Assembly: GCA_951406725.2 (NCBI GenBank)
Contig: OX597821.1
Location: 45,012,001 to 45,076,000, forward strand
Reading direction: 5' to 3'
Length of the DNA: 64,000 nucleotides
Origin: Octopus vulgaris
Taxonomy: Eukaryota
Shown here piece by piece: positions 52,695 through 64,000 of the stretch. The number at the start of each line of letters is the position of its first letter. Position 1 is the stretch's first letter. The translations under genes and the position numbers were made by a program. The notes under the pieces are model-generated. The model saw only the letters and a program-made list of their open reading frames with translations. It was not told where the DNA came from and did not search any database.

Positions 52695-52833
52695 GTAAGG
52701 AGGCTTTTGTGACCTTAGCAACAAATGATACCTATGTATTGGGATGTTTGGTCCTTGGAGAATCCTTACGGAGAACCAAAACTCAAAGAAAATTAGTTGT
52801 GCTCATTACAAAAGGTGTATCTGAGTGTCTCAG
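52695..52833 (+). CDS. GYG1: Glycogenin exon 2 (139 nt)
   Basis: Acceptor ttatag|, donor AG|gtaatt. Translates (G)KEAFVTLATNDTYVLGCLVLGESLRRTKTQRKLVVLITKGVSECL(R), matching the glycogenin N-terminal AFVTLxTNDxY motif. Confidence 0.96.
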
Positions 52834-53585
52834 GTAATTTCTGTTTTTTTACTTAATTACATTTGCCATTTTGTATATTTCCAATGTTTTCTTCCACTCA
52901 TTTTTGATAATATCAATGTTGATCATGAATATGAGTCAACATTGCTGCAGAATGTTTATATAAAGTAAATTGATAACAATTTGGAATATAGATTCTTCAA
53001 AAGCTGCCAGTAATTAAAACATGGACATATACACTCTACTAATTAGTAATAAGGGTCCAAAAGGTTGATGTGAACTTCATTGTCAAGTAGGTGACACATT
53101 TCTGGCTAGCAGCCTTATGTGGCACAGGCAGTTCTCTCACAAATAGTGATGAAGTGGCAGAAAGACTAGAATATTAAATAAACTGAATGCCAGATATATA
53201 AAAACTGTAGAATCTGAGCAAATTAGTGATGTTCTGTATCTATTAAATAGTGGGTGAAGTTTCATGCTATGAGGAAGGGAAGTCTCTTGTCTCAAGCAGG
53301 ACATTTTGTGGCTGAGAAAGAAATATCAACTTATGTAAAAGATTTGTGAGAGATGGTAGCAAGTGTTATTAGGAGATGGCTGCAATGAGAGAAAAGAGTA
53401 AAGGAATACCAGTAGATTAGGGGCTCATAATTTTTATTTTCTGTTGTAGACTAAAAGATTTTTTTCTAAATTTAATGGAAACTAATTAATATTATTGATT
53501 TATATCAGTTATTTGTTTAGTGTTTCTGTTGTGATTCTTTTTTTCCCTCTTGTTTAATATTTTTGTTTTTCATTTTTAATTTTAG

Positions 53586-53760
53586 AAAAAATCTTAAAGA
53601 TGTTTTTGATGAAGTTTGTGAAGTTGACTTAATTTCTAGTCATGACTACAAAAATCTTCAACTCCTTGGTAGGCCTGATCTCAATGTAACGTTCACAAAA
53701 CTTTACTGTTGGAAATTAACACAGTACTCGAAATGTGTGTTTTTAGATGCTGACACTTTG
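53586..53760 (+). CDS. GYG1: Glycogenin exon 3 (175 nt)
   Basis: Acceptor ttttag|, donor |gtaagt. Contains [33 protein letters not shown] with the GT8 DXD motif (DAD). Confidence 0.97.
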
Positions 53761-53816
53761 GTAAGTAAATTGTTAGCAAATTTTTAATAGTTTATTTGTA
53801 ATAATTATCTGCATAA

Positions 53817-54003
53817 ATAGGGTGGGGAACTGGCACAATTGTTACTGCACCATTAAAAAAAAATCTGAGTTCAAATGCTGTTGGGGTTGACTTTGCCTTT
53901 AATCCTTTCACAATCAATAAAATAAGTACCAGTTGAGCACTAGGGTTGATGTAATTGATTTACTGCCTCCCTAGAATGAGCCCTTGTGCCAAAGATTGAA
54001 ACC
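53817..54003 (+). mobile_element. SINE family B with 13-bp TSD in glycogenin intron 3
   Basis: TSD ATTATCTGCATAA at 53804-53816 and 54004-54016. Central GACTTTGCCTTT.ATCCTTTC domain. Confidence 0.85.
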
Positions 54004-54035
54004 ATTATCTGCATAAGTGAAAAGAACACTTTTAT

Positions 54036-54585
54036 ATAATAATAATAATGAAATTATTGTATACAGTGCTCAGGTGCACCACAACTTGTCAGAAAGTGCG
54101 TATAAAGCACATGCAGTAATGTACAAATGTCTGGAAAGTGAACAATGCATGAATCAGATACATGCTTGTGTGTGTATGGAGGGGAGAAAATCGGGTGTAG
54201 TGTTGGCGAATCTCAGAAAGCATGGAAGTTTTGAAGGATGCAGTGCTCCGACAACTAACAACTGATGCCGGCAGTTTGTTCCATGCTTCAGCAACTCTCA
54301 GCGTGAAAGAATGTTTCCAACAGTCATGGGAGCTGTGCTGTTTTCTGACTTTGTAAACATGTCCACGGGTGTTAGACGGGTGGAGTTCGAAAAGGTGCTC
54401 AGAGTTGTTTGTAAGATGGTTGATAATTTTATGGGTGTCTGCCAAGTCAGCTGCCAGACGTCGGAGTTTCAATGTGTCCATGCCCAGAGAAGTAAGGCGT
54501 TCAGAATATGGCAAATGCCTGATGGAGGATATTCTTTTGGTTGCACGTCACTGAACGGCTTCCAGATGATTGATATCCTTTATGA
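54036..54585 (-). mobile_element. 5'-truncated CR1-clade LINE 3' end in glycogenin intron 3
   Basis: Minus-strand PYSERLTSLGMDTLKLRRLAADL...NTRGH...FTLRVAEAWNKLPASVV, with an (ATT)n tail. Confidence 0.88.
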
Positions 54586-54732
54586 TATCTTTTATGGTGC
54601 TGCAGATTTAAATATGAATTGTTGGAATGCATTTAATGACTAGATATTTCCCTTTTTTATATATATATCCTCTCTGTTTTGGTAGTTTTGTTTCCTTCTA
54701 ACTGGTGTATCAAACTCAAATTTCTCTTACAG

Positions 54733-54895
54733 GTTCTTGATTGTGTGGATGAGCTTTTTGAAAAGGAGGAACTTTCTGCTGCTCCTGATCCAGGATGGCC
54801 TGATTGTTTCAATTCGGGTGTTTTTGTAATGCAACCAAATGAAGAAACATATAAGTCATTGATCCAGTTTGCTAAGACCGAAGGCTCGTTTGATG
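54733..54895 (+). CDS. GYG1: Glycogenin exon 4 (163 nt)
   Basis: Acceptor ttacag|, donor G|gtaaat. Translates [35 protein letters not shown]...GSFD, the glycogenin signature. Confidence 0.97.
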
Positions 54896-55956
54896 GTAAA
54901 TAAACCTTTTCTCTGGGATTATCTCTGTTGCATTTGATTTTTTTCTCTAAATAGCTGCTGGAAATATTGCTTCATGTTTGTTTGAGGAAATCTTTTTACT
55001 ATGGTATATCACTAACAAGGGCTCACTTTTCTTGGCTGTGGGCACTATATCTAATGGAGGTTTATTTTTACATTGGTTTGGTCTGGACAAAGGGACTGTG
55101 CTCATAGTTTTTGTAGGCCCTCAAAATTTGGTGATATTAATGTGACTCAATTTTCTGTTGAGCAGTTGTAAGTTGGCAGCTGCAAGAAAAACATGGGCCG
55201 GGAGGAGGGAATCCTGTGGACTGACTTAACAGGGAAGGGTTGGGAAAAGTGGTTTGGGTGGAGGTTGACACTATAAGTGAGATGAGATGCAGGACTAACA
55301 TGCCTTGCAGTCCTACTCTGTGAATCATGTTGGCTAATGTTTTATGATGTAGCTATCACTTCACCAATACCTGGCGAAACTGGTTGGTAGAAGCTGTGTG
55401 TGTGTGTGTCTCAGTGCAATCGTGTTTATGTGGTTGAAAAGCTTGTTTCCCGACCATGTGGTTTTTGTTTTAGTCCCACTGCGCAACACCTTGGGCAAAT
55501 GTCTTCTAATGTAACACTGGATCAACCAAAGCTTTGTGAGAGGATTTGGTAAATGGAAACTGTGTATGAGTACCTTTTTATTAACTTCAAATGATGGATG
55601 TAAATGTGCAAGTGATGTTTGCTTCCATCATCAGTGAAAAACATCGGGCCATGGGGAAATATTACTTTACTTTGAAACAGTTGAAAGTTGGCAGCAGGGA
55701 GGCCATCTGGCTGTAGAAAATCTTCAATGAATTCCAATGCAAGCATGGAAAAGTGGACATTTAAAGTGATAAGTTGAGGTCGTGTGAAAGCAGTCAGGAC
55801 TGAAAGGTTTTCTGTAGTAAGCAGTAGAAAAGGCAGTGACGAGATGGGTTTCAATATAGTGTAAGGCTCAACTTTTTCCATAGATTTGGTGAAAGCAATG
55901 GTTTACATAATTTGCAGGCTCTGTGTGTTGACATCCTCAGACTGGTATCTGTCATA

Positions 55957-57066
55957 TCATCATCATTTAACGTCCGCTTTCCATGCTAGCATTGGTTGGA
56001 CGGTTCAACTGGGGTCTGGGAAGCCAGAAGGCTGCGCCAGGCCCAGTCTGATCTGGCAGTGTTTCTACAGCTGGATGCCCTTCCTAACGCCAACCACTCC
56101 GAGAGTGTAGTGGGTGCTTTTTATGTGCCACCTGCACAGGTGCCAGGCGAGGCTGGCAAATGGCCACGATTGGATGGTGCTTTTTATGTGCCACCGACAC
56201 GGGGGCCAGATGAGGCTGGCAATGGCCACAATCGGATGGTGCTTTTTATGTGCCACCAGCACAGAGGCCTGTCGGGGCGGCGCTGGCAACGGCCACGTTC
56301 GGACGGTTCTCTTAGTGCCATCAGCTACAATTTCCATTGATGTTGAAAGATTTCGATTTTGATTTTCACTTGCCTCAACAGGTCTTCACAAGTAGGGTTT
56401 GTCACAAGAAGGAATGGTATGCATAAGTGGGCTGGCTATGTCCCAGGTAGAGGCCACAGGTTATGGTTTCACTTGTCCTGCCGGGTCTTCCTACGCACAG
56501 CATACTTCCAAAGGTCTCGGTCTCTGGTCATTTCCTCAGTGAGGCCTAAAGTTCAAAGGTCGTTCTTCACCACCTCGTCCCAGGTCTTCCTGGGTCTACC
56601 TCTTCCACAGGTTCCCTCAACCGCCAGGGTGTGACACTTTTTCACACAACTATCTTCATCCATTCTCGCTACATGACCATACCAGCGCAAACGTCTCTCT
56701 TGCACACCACAACTGATGCTTCTTAGGTCCAACTTTTCTCTCAAGGTACTTACACTCTGTCAGTGTGCATACACAACAGAGTATGAACACTGACATTACA
56801 CATCCATTGGAGCATACTGGCTTCATTTCTTGCGAGCTTAGGCATATCCTCAGCAGTCACGGCCCATGTTTCACTGCCATGTAGCATGGCTGTTCGTACA
56901 CATGCGTCATACAGTCTGCCTTTTGTTCTGAGCGAGAGGCCTTTTGTCACCAGCAGAGGTAAGAGCTCTCTGAACTTTGCCCAGGCTATTCTTACTCTAG
57001 CAGTTACACTTTCAGCACACCTGCCCCCGCTACTGACTTGGTCGCCTAGGTAACGGAAGCTATCAA
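55957..57066 (-). mobile_element. 5'-truncated RTE-clade LINE in glycogenin intron 4
   Basis: Minus-strand FRYLGDQVSSGG...ARVRIAWAKFRELLPLL...KGRLYDACVRTAMLHGSETW and RRLRWYGHVARM...GRGRPRKTW. The 3' UTR has internal tandem units and a (GAT)n tail. Confidence 0.92.
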
Positions 57067-57568
57067 AACTCAAAATAAATAATTTATGAAATTCTTAAGT
57101 CAGTGTCTATTTTTCTTTTCTATTTTGATATTTAGAAGTAGTAAAACTTGATTTTAGTTAGGATATTTGTTTTTAGGGAAAAAAAACAACCTATTAAATC
57201 TTTTCAAATTAAAATTGCAGTAGTCTTAAATTCTCATATAATAGTTTGCACTAAAGTAAAAACATCTGCAATACATTTTACACGAGTGCATTGAATCAAT
57301 ACTGTTTAATTCAACCATTTTCAAGGCAAACATTTATTAGCATTACTAGAATTGCTTTTCCCACCATTTCTTTTTAGAGAATCTAAATTGTAAAAAGGTA
57401 ACTTCATATGCTCATTTGAAATAAATGAGTTGATAAAAGTATATCTTTTGTCACTTAATGTTTTGAAATCTGAAGTGAGTTTTTATTTTATTTTAATTTT
57501 GCTTAAAATCAAATACTTTGCTGATATTTCTTTTCATCCCATTTAATATTTTATAATTTTCTCTTTAG

Positions 57569-57695
57569 GTGGTGACCAAGGATTATTGAATTTATACTTT
57601 AAGGATTGGGCTACAAAAGATATTAAGAAGCATCTGCCATTTGTTTATAATGTTGTTTCTCAAGCATTTTACAGTTACTTACCAGCATTTAAGCA
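57569..57695 (+). CDS. GYG1: Glycogenin exon 5 (127 nt)
   Basis: Acceptor ctttag|, donor CA|gtaagt. Translates (G)[41 protein letters not shown](Q), which includes the YSYLPAF motif carrying the autoglucosylated Tyr. Not in the supplied ORF track. Confidence 0.97.
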
Positions 57696-58552
57696 GTAAG
57701 TTGTATTTCTTCAACATTAATAATTTAGTTAGCTTATGTATTTCTTTATGAAATTCTCTCATTTTCTTCATGAGATATAATTGGTTTACATTCAAGTCTC
57801 CAATAAATTTAATTTAGATATTAAGAGTTTTGAAAGCATGAATTTTCAAAACTGTTGCAATACTGCATAACTTTTGAATTTGTTTTATGCGTGAAATGAG
57901 TTATTCATGAAACACTGAATGGTTTAGATAAAATAACTTATTTGGTACATTTTGGGAGGGTAAAAAACAAGCTGCTTTATGCATTTAAACTGGTCCAGTC
58001 TGGCTGCTGTTTACAGAAATGTATTATAATTTTGCTTGCCATTGCGTTACTTAGCCTGTTGGTAATGCTTTCATGTGAATAGAGAAAAAGGGAGAGAGCG
58101 AAAAAGAGGGAGAGAAACGTCCTTGATGCGAGATAGAGGGAATGTAATTGTAATGCTTTCACATGATTAGATGAAGGGAAAGAAAGGAGAAAAAGGATAA
58201 TGTGAAGAATGTGACAGAAAAAGAGGGAGACGGAAGCATCCATGATGTGAGGTAGGGGGGACGTAATATTTATTATGTGGTTAAAAAAGTTAGTTTAAAG
58301 TAGAGGAGAGTTAAAAATATAATTGTAGCAGAGGGGTGATGTTCTGATCGTGAGGTTAAAGAAAGGCAGAGAGGGAGGAGAGAGATGATGATGGTGGTGG
58401 TAGTGATTGGATATTGAAAATTGTATTTTTTAATTGAACAAAGTTTTTTTATATCACCTGTCACTTAACACATGCATATGAGTGCAATTCCATGAAATAT
58501 TCATTCTTATTTAAGTGGCAGATATATGCAATTTAACTAACGGTTGTATCAT

Positions 58553-58912
58553 ATTACTCTTTTACTTGTTTCAGTCATTTGACTGTGGCCATGCTCGAGC
58601 ACCACCTTTAGTCAAGCAAATCGACCCCAGGACTTATTCTTTGTAAGCTTAGTACTCACTCTATCGGTCTCTTTTGTGGAACTGATAAGTTACGGGGACG
58701 TAAACATACCAGCATTGGTTGTCAAGCAATGTTGGGACACACACACACACACACATACACACATAAATATATATACGACGGGATTCCACTCACAAGGCTT
58801 TGGTCAGCCCGAGGCTATAGAAGACACTTGCCCAAGGTGCTATGCAGTGGGACTGAACCCGGAACCATGTGGTTGGTAAGCAATCTACTTACCACTCACC
58901 CACTCCTATGCC
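58553..58912 (-). mobile_element. SINE family A (antisense) in glycogenin intron 5
   Basis: Reverse complement of 8040-8442 with a small internal deletion. Confidence 0.88.
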
Positions 58913-59006
58913 TATTGTATGGGAAAATGGAAAATGGAAAAATAAGAGTATTTATTTTATGAGTGCTGTGTATTAAGTCTATAAAATTGTGTATAAAATA
59001 TATAAA

Positions 59007-59044
<38 letters not shown>

Positions 59045-59510
59045 TAGTGCAATAAGTAATCATCGTATTCCAATTTCTTTAACTTTTCAATGATTAGCAG
59101 ATGAGTGACTAATTTTTGATACTGACACAATACGGGCTACACTTCCAGGTTTTTTGGATAAAGTTTTCAAAAATAACCCAATAAGTTTATCATTAATTCT
59201 GTGAAATGCTAGTATAATATTACTTAGTTACGTCTATAATAACCAGAATCAACTGATTTGTTAAAATTTTATCCTATTCAAATGTGTAGAATATATGTAA
59301 CTGAATTTTGGGCTTTGGTAGCGATGTTTTGAATTTGATGTAAAAGATTTTTGTGTGTGTGGTTTTAAATTTATTTCCTATGTATGCTTTTATTTTGTGA
59401 CTGCAAATCTTTTTTTTTTTCTTTTCATGAAGCTCTCTATGAATTCTGGCCATTTTTATTCATGTTTCTCTTTTGGAAAAATTACCAATAAATATACTTT
59501 TCATACACAG

Positions 59511-59688
59511 GTTCAAGCAAAACGTAAAGATTGTACATTTTCTTGGTGCTATCAAACCTTGGCAACACTGTTACAATGCTAAAACAAAGAAAGTAACCCC
59601 ACTGCCTAATTCTGGTCATGATCCAGATTTCCTCCAGCGATGGTGGAACATTTACATGGAGTCTGTTTATCCTGTAATCGATCACGGG
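59511..59688 (+). CDS. GYG1: Glycogenin exon 6 (178 nt)
   Basis: Acceptor acacag|, donor GGG|gtatgt. Translates FKQNVKIVHFLGAIKPW...FLQRWWNIYMESVYPVIDHG, with the HFxGxxKPW and WW motifs. Ends in phase 0. The C-terminal glycogen-synthase-binding part is not in the window. Confidence 0.93.
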
Positions 59689-60719
59689 GTATGTAGACTT
59701 TTTATTATGTTTAAGCTTCTTTATGGGATTTAACTAAAACCAGTTACCTTGCATGAAAACAGTTTATTGCACTTCAACATGTTTTGTATTTTATAAGTAA
59801 CTTTATAACTTGGCATAGAAAATATAACTATAACTTGTTGAGTTTTATCATCTAATTTTTAAAAATGAAAGTTTGAAGATATTGCAGTCACAGTCATTAC
59901 TAGTATCTGTTGTAAGGTCTTCCCTTAGATTTATAGTTGTATGGGGAGGGATTTAGAAAGTAGATCGACTGGTTTGAGTCTTAAAACAATCACTTTGTTG
60001 CAGTGATAGCTGTTAATATACACATAAGCAGTCCCAGCTTATTTCAATAGTTAGATTTAAGCAAGGAATCAGAAAACTGGTTTAAATTTGTTATTAATTT
60101 AATTAAAAGACAATTTAGTTGTTGATGAACATTTTATTTGAAAAAAAATGTAACAGATCAACAATTGTATCATTCACAAAAATTTTTTTTGTTTGATTAA
60201 AAAAAAGATCTTTCTTTAAAAATACTGGAGAAATATTTCCATCATAACTATCATCATTTTAACAACCACTTTTCCAAGCTGCATGGCTTAGATGGAGTTT
60301 ATTGAAGCTGATTTTCTTTGGCTGGATGCCTTTCCTGTCATCTACCCTCAACTGTTTCCAAGCAAAATAATATTTCCCAGGTATTTTTGGCAGACTACTG
60401 GAAATGAATGACACTGGTTGTATGATGGTAACACTCAATTTATAACTATCATCCAATGTCAGTTTTGAAGTTTAAAGATCTAGAGGTTCTGAAATTAGTT
60501 ACAGATTAATTAGTATTTTTAATGGAAAAACTGTTAGAATTTAGATGAAAAAATATCTTGTTCTTCATGTTTAGTTTGATTATGGCAGGAAAACTGATTC
60601 TGCTAGTTTGGATACAATTTATTACTAGAGTTAGTGGAAGGAATTAAGGTAGTTTTTAATTAATTTTTATTGATTAGTTTAAAATGGAATATTTTTGTAA
60701 ATGTTTTAATCTCACCCAG

Positions 60720-62080
60720 TTCATCATCATACAACCATTTTCCATGCAGTTATGGGTTAGATGGTTTTACTGGAACTGGTAAGCCAGAGCGCTACACCAG
60801 GCTCCAGTTGTCTGTTTTGCTTGGTCTCTACCGCTGGATGTCCTTCCTAATGCCAACCACTTCACAGAGTGCTCTGGGTGTTTTTCATGTGTCACCAGCA
60901 TTGACAATGACTATGATTCATTTAGCTTGATGTGTCTTCTCAGGCACCGCAAATTGCCAGAAGTCTCGATCACTTTTTATTGCCACTGTGAGGCTCAACC
61001 AAAGATCATATTTCACCACCTTGTCCCATGTTGTCTACCCTTTCCAAAGTTTCCCTCCACAATTAGAGATTGGTACTACTTTATGCAGCTGTTCTCATTC
61101 CATATGCATCACATGACCATACCAGCACAATATTCTCTCTTGCACACTACATCCTGATGCTTCTTATACCCAATCTTTCTCTTAAAACTCTTTCACTCTG
61201 TTGCACATGCTCACTGGCATAGCACATCCAGCAGAGCATGGTGGTTTCATTTCGTTCAAGCCTTTGCTTGTCCTCTGCAGTCACAGCCCGTGTTTCATTG
61301 TCATTTAGCATGGCTGTTCATCACAGGCATCATACAATCTGTCTTTCACTCTGAGAGAGAAGCCTTTTGTTATCAACAAAGGTAGAAACTCTGAATTCTT
61401 CCCAGTCTATTTCTATTCTATCAGCTCTCAGGCATCCACTGAAGTAACAGAAGCTATTTATTACTTCTAAGAAACCCCCCCAGAGCATTTGATGGCTTAT
61501 TTTCTGAACATTCTCAGTGTTTATTGTACCTGTGTATCTGCCATACACAAAGGCTATGTTCTCTGTTAACCTTCCTGTGATATTGCTGCACCTCTTATGC
61601 GTTCACAGCTTGCACTGGGTAAACCTTATGGAGTTTCTACTTACACCTTTTATACATATCGAGCAGGGCCATCTCCCTGAAGGGATTTGTGGTTTGTCTG
61701 TTTTCCTACTTACAAGGACTTTGGTCTTTGTTAAATTAACTATAAAGCCTTTTGCTTCCACACCTGAAATTTCTTCTAGTTCTGGTTGTGTATCAGCTAT
61801 AAGAACAGTCATCAGCATAGAGGAGCTCCCAAGAGCCACAAGTCTTAAATTCCTCTGTTATGGCCTTGAGGATTGATGAACGAGAAGGGGCAGAGAGCCA
61901 ATCCTTGGTGAACTACCTGTAGACTAAATTCATTGATATACTCATTGCCAACTTTCCCCTTACTAACAACATCCCTGAATATAGCTTGTACAACTTCCAC
62001 CAGCAGCTCATTTATCACTGGCTTCTATATTGCCCTCCAGATAAAGGTGCGGGGGACCCTGTCAATGGCTTTGTCTGCAT
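60720..62080 (-). mobile_element. Decayed RTE-clade LINE fragment in glycogenin intron 6
   Basis: Minus-strand RT remnants (ELLYADD-like, VLIADT, VNLTKTKVL, WPCSIC) and the same 3' tail family as 55957-57066. Confidence 0.8.
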
Positions 62081-62204
62081 TCTCATGTTTTTTTGAAATG
62101 TTTTATGCTAATATGTCTGAATTTTGTTTGACAAAACTAACATTGTCTTTAATAATGGAATGATTTATTTACATGTTAAATTTGGCTGATTATTTTTGCT
62201 TTAA

Positions 62205-63608
62205 CCCTTTCGTTACTATATTTCTGACCAAAATACACCCCTCATGAGTTTCAATTAAATTCTAAAATAATCATGAATTTAGGCTTGTTTCATTAAATAA
62301 CTGTAACTTTTTTACTTATCAACATATTAATGTAATATTTGGAACATAATTAAAGAAAGGGTTCTTAATCAATTCTATTGCATAACTTTTGCCTCAAAGT
62401 GACTTTAATTACAGGTAAATTCAGGTAAATTGAGCAAAAGGTAAAAATATTAAAATTTTGTTTAAACATCATCATAGAAAATGAATCATCAGCTAATATT
62501 CAAATGGGTATGCAACAAAATTTTGATAAAGAAGAATTGTGCACATCACTAGATCATCAGTTGAATTTAATGCACAACAGGTGTACCATAAAGGTGGAAT
62601 AAAGTGAAATACTGGAATCCACTGCAAGTTTGACCGAACTAAAGAAATCGGTCAAAAAATAATATATGGCCCTGGTTATGGTATGGGAAGTGATAAATTC
62701 CAGACCACATCGTTCCCTAGGCCGTGCTGACTAACATTTATTTTCCCTGTATAAAAACTAAATCCACGCAGTACCCAGTATTTACTTCACAAATTTTCCG
62801 AAATTCGATCCCCCATTTTGTGTTTGTTTACAATCTGCGTAAATTTGTTTCCGCATTGATCGCTTCAAACAATAACTTCCAAACCACATTGTACCCTAAG
62901 CCATGCTGACTAACATTAGTTTCCCTGTATAAAAACTAAATCCACAACAGTACCCAGTATTTGCTTCACAAATTTTCCGAACTTTGATCCCTCATTTTGT
63001 GTTTGTTTACATTCTGCGAAACAGTTTGCTTCCACAGTGATCGCTCCAAACAAGCATACTGAAAAACATAAAGTTTAATGGTTTCGCTTCCTAAGAAAGA
63101 ATATAGATAAACTATCTCCTCAGAAAAATTGCTAATAAAAACATTTTAAAAGTTTTTTACTTCATTCCGATGTAAAATCGTCTTTGCTGTCACCATCGCC
63201 GATTTGTTTCTTCGGAATTGCTGCTTTCGGTTTCGGATAAAAAAAATATCCTATTCATTATTTTGTACACCACGTGCTTTCTGTTGAAAAAGCTTTAAAT
63301 TCGGAATCAATGCTTGATAACATGAAACTCCTATCCATTTTCAAAGTTGAAGAAAAATCGATGCCGAAAAAATGTGGAAAAAAATCTCCCAAAATTCAGG
63401 GAATTAAAATTACACGTCGATCGTTGTACAAAACTGTAGATGAACTGTTTACGAAGTATAATCACGTGTTTTCACGAATGTACTAACGAGATTTGCTCTG
63501 ATATTCTCATTTAAATATGAATAGGTAATTACGGGTGGTTTTGGGTGGCTTGGTCACATGAACCAAAACTTTTTTTGGGTGGCTTTGGGCAGTTTGGTAA
63601 CGAAAGGG
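62205..63608. mobile_element. Non-autonomous piggyBac-type element (1404 bp) in glycogenin intron 6
   Basis: TTAA TSD at 62201-62204 and 63609-63612. TIRs CCCTTTCGTTAC / GTAACGAAAGGG. No transposase ORF. Internal tandem duplication of about 179 bp. Confidence 0.92.
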
Positions 63609-63685
63609 TTAAAAATAGCAACTAAAAACTCATCTCATTTGAATTTCTTTTTTTATTTTATTTTTGTAATTGTTACATTTTAAAG

Positions 63686-63703
63686 AAATCAGAAGAATTA
63701 AAG
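63686..63703 (+). CDS. GYG1: Candidate 18-nt in-frame glycogenin microexon (KSEELK)
   Basis: Long T-rich tract, then ttttaaag|AAATCAGAAGAATTAAAG|gtatgt. Phase 0-0, compatible with the end of exon 6. No homology support. Confidence 0.45.
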
Positions 63704-64000
63704 GTATGTAATTATTTTGAGGACAAATTAATCCCTATATTATCTAATTAGTTACCTATTTTCCTTCTATAATTGGTAGTCAATAGTCCTTTTCTTTATT
63801 AGTGTATTTGTATATATATAATTGTATTATTGCTGCTACATTCACTTTCGCTTAAAGCTTTTTAAAAAAAAAATAATTATTCATTGTATTAGTGCTAATT
63901 TGGTATGGTTTCATACAATCATAGTTTGTTACAAATGTTTCTTGTGCTTTTAACACTTGAGCAATTTTAGATATCTTGTCTTCACAAAAATTTGTATTAA

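Overview
AT-rich, repeat-dense eukaryotic DNA. The SINE/LINE families and (TA)n, (CA)n and (GAT)n tracts look like an octopod cephalopod genome (inference). One host protein-coding gene is clear: a + strand glycogenin (GYG1-like, GT8 family). Six coding exons (34607-59688, 265 codons) splice into an intact frame with an 18-kb first intron, a candidate 18-nt microexon lies at 63686-63703, and the gene continues past the window end. Most of the rest is mobile DNA: a nearly intact Buster/Charlie-type hAT with TIRs, an 8-bp TSD and one premature stop; a non-autonomous piggyBac; mariner, Tigger and Tc1 relics; a Helitron-like element; Penelope-like (PLE) relics; RTE and CR1 LINE 3' ends; and many tRNA-derived SINEs. 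The most interesting signals are: (1) a TSD-flanked fold-back element with a complete type I hammerhead ribozyme core, an unusually long structured stem II and a built-in antisense arm (19475-20309); (2) variant minimal hammerheads; (3) a regenerated 5' splice site at the start of glycogenin exon 2; (4) inverted retroposon pairs around a phase-symmetric exon 2-4 block; (5) candidate unannotated minus-strand spliced transcripts. No database searches or folding programs were run, and boundaries of decayed repeats are approximate.
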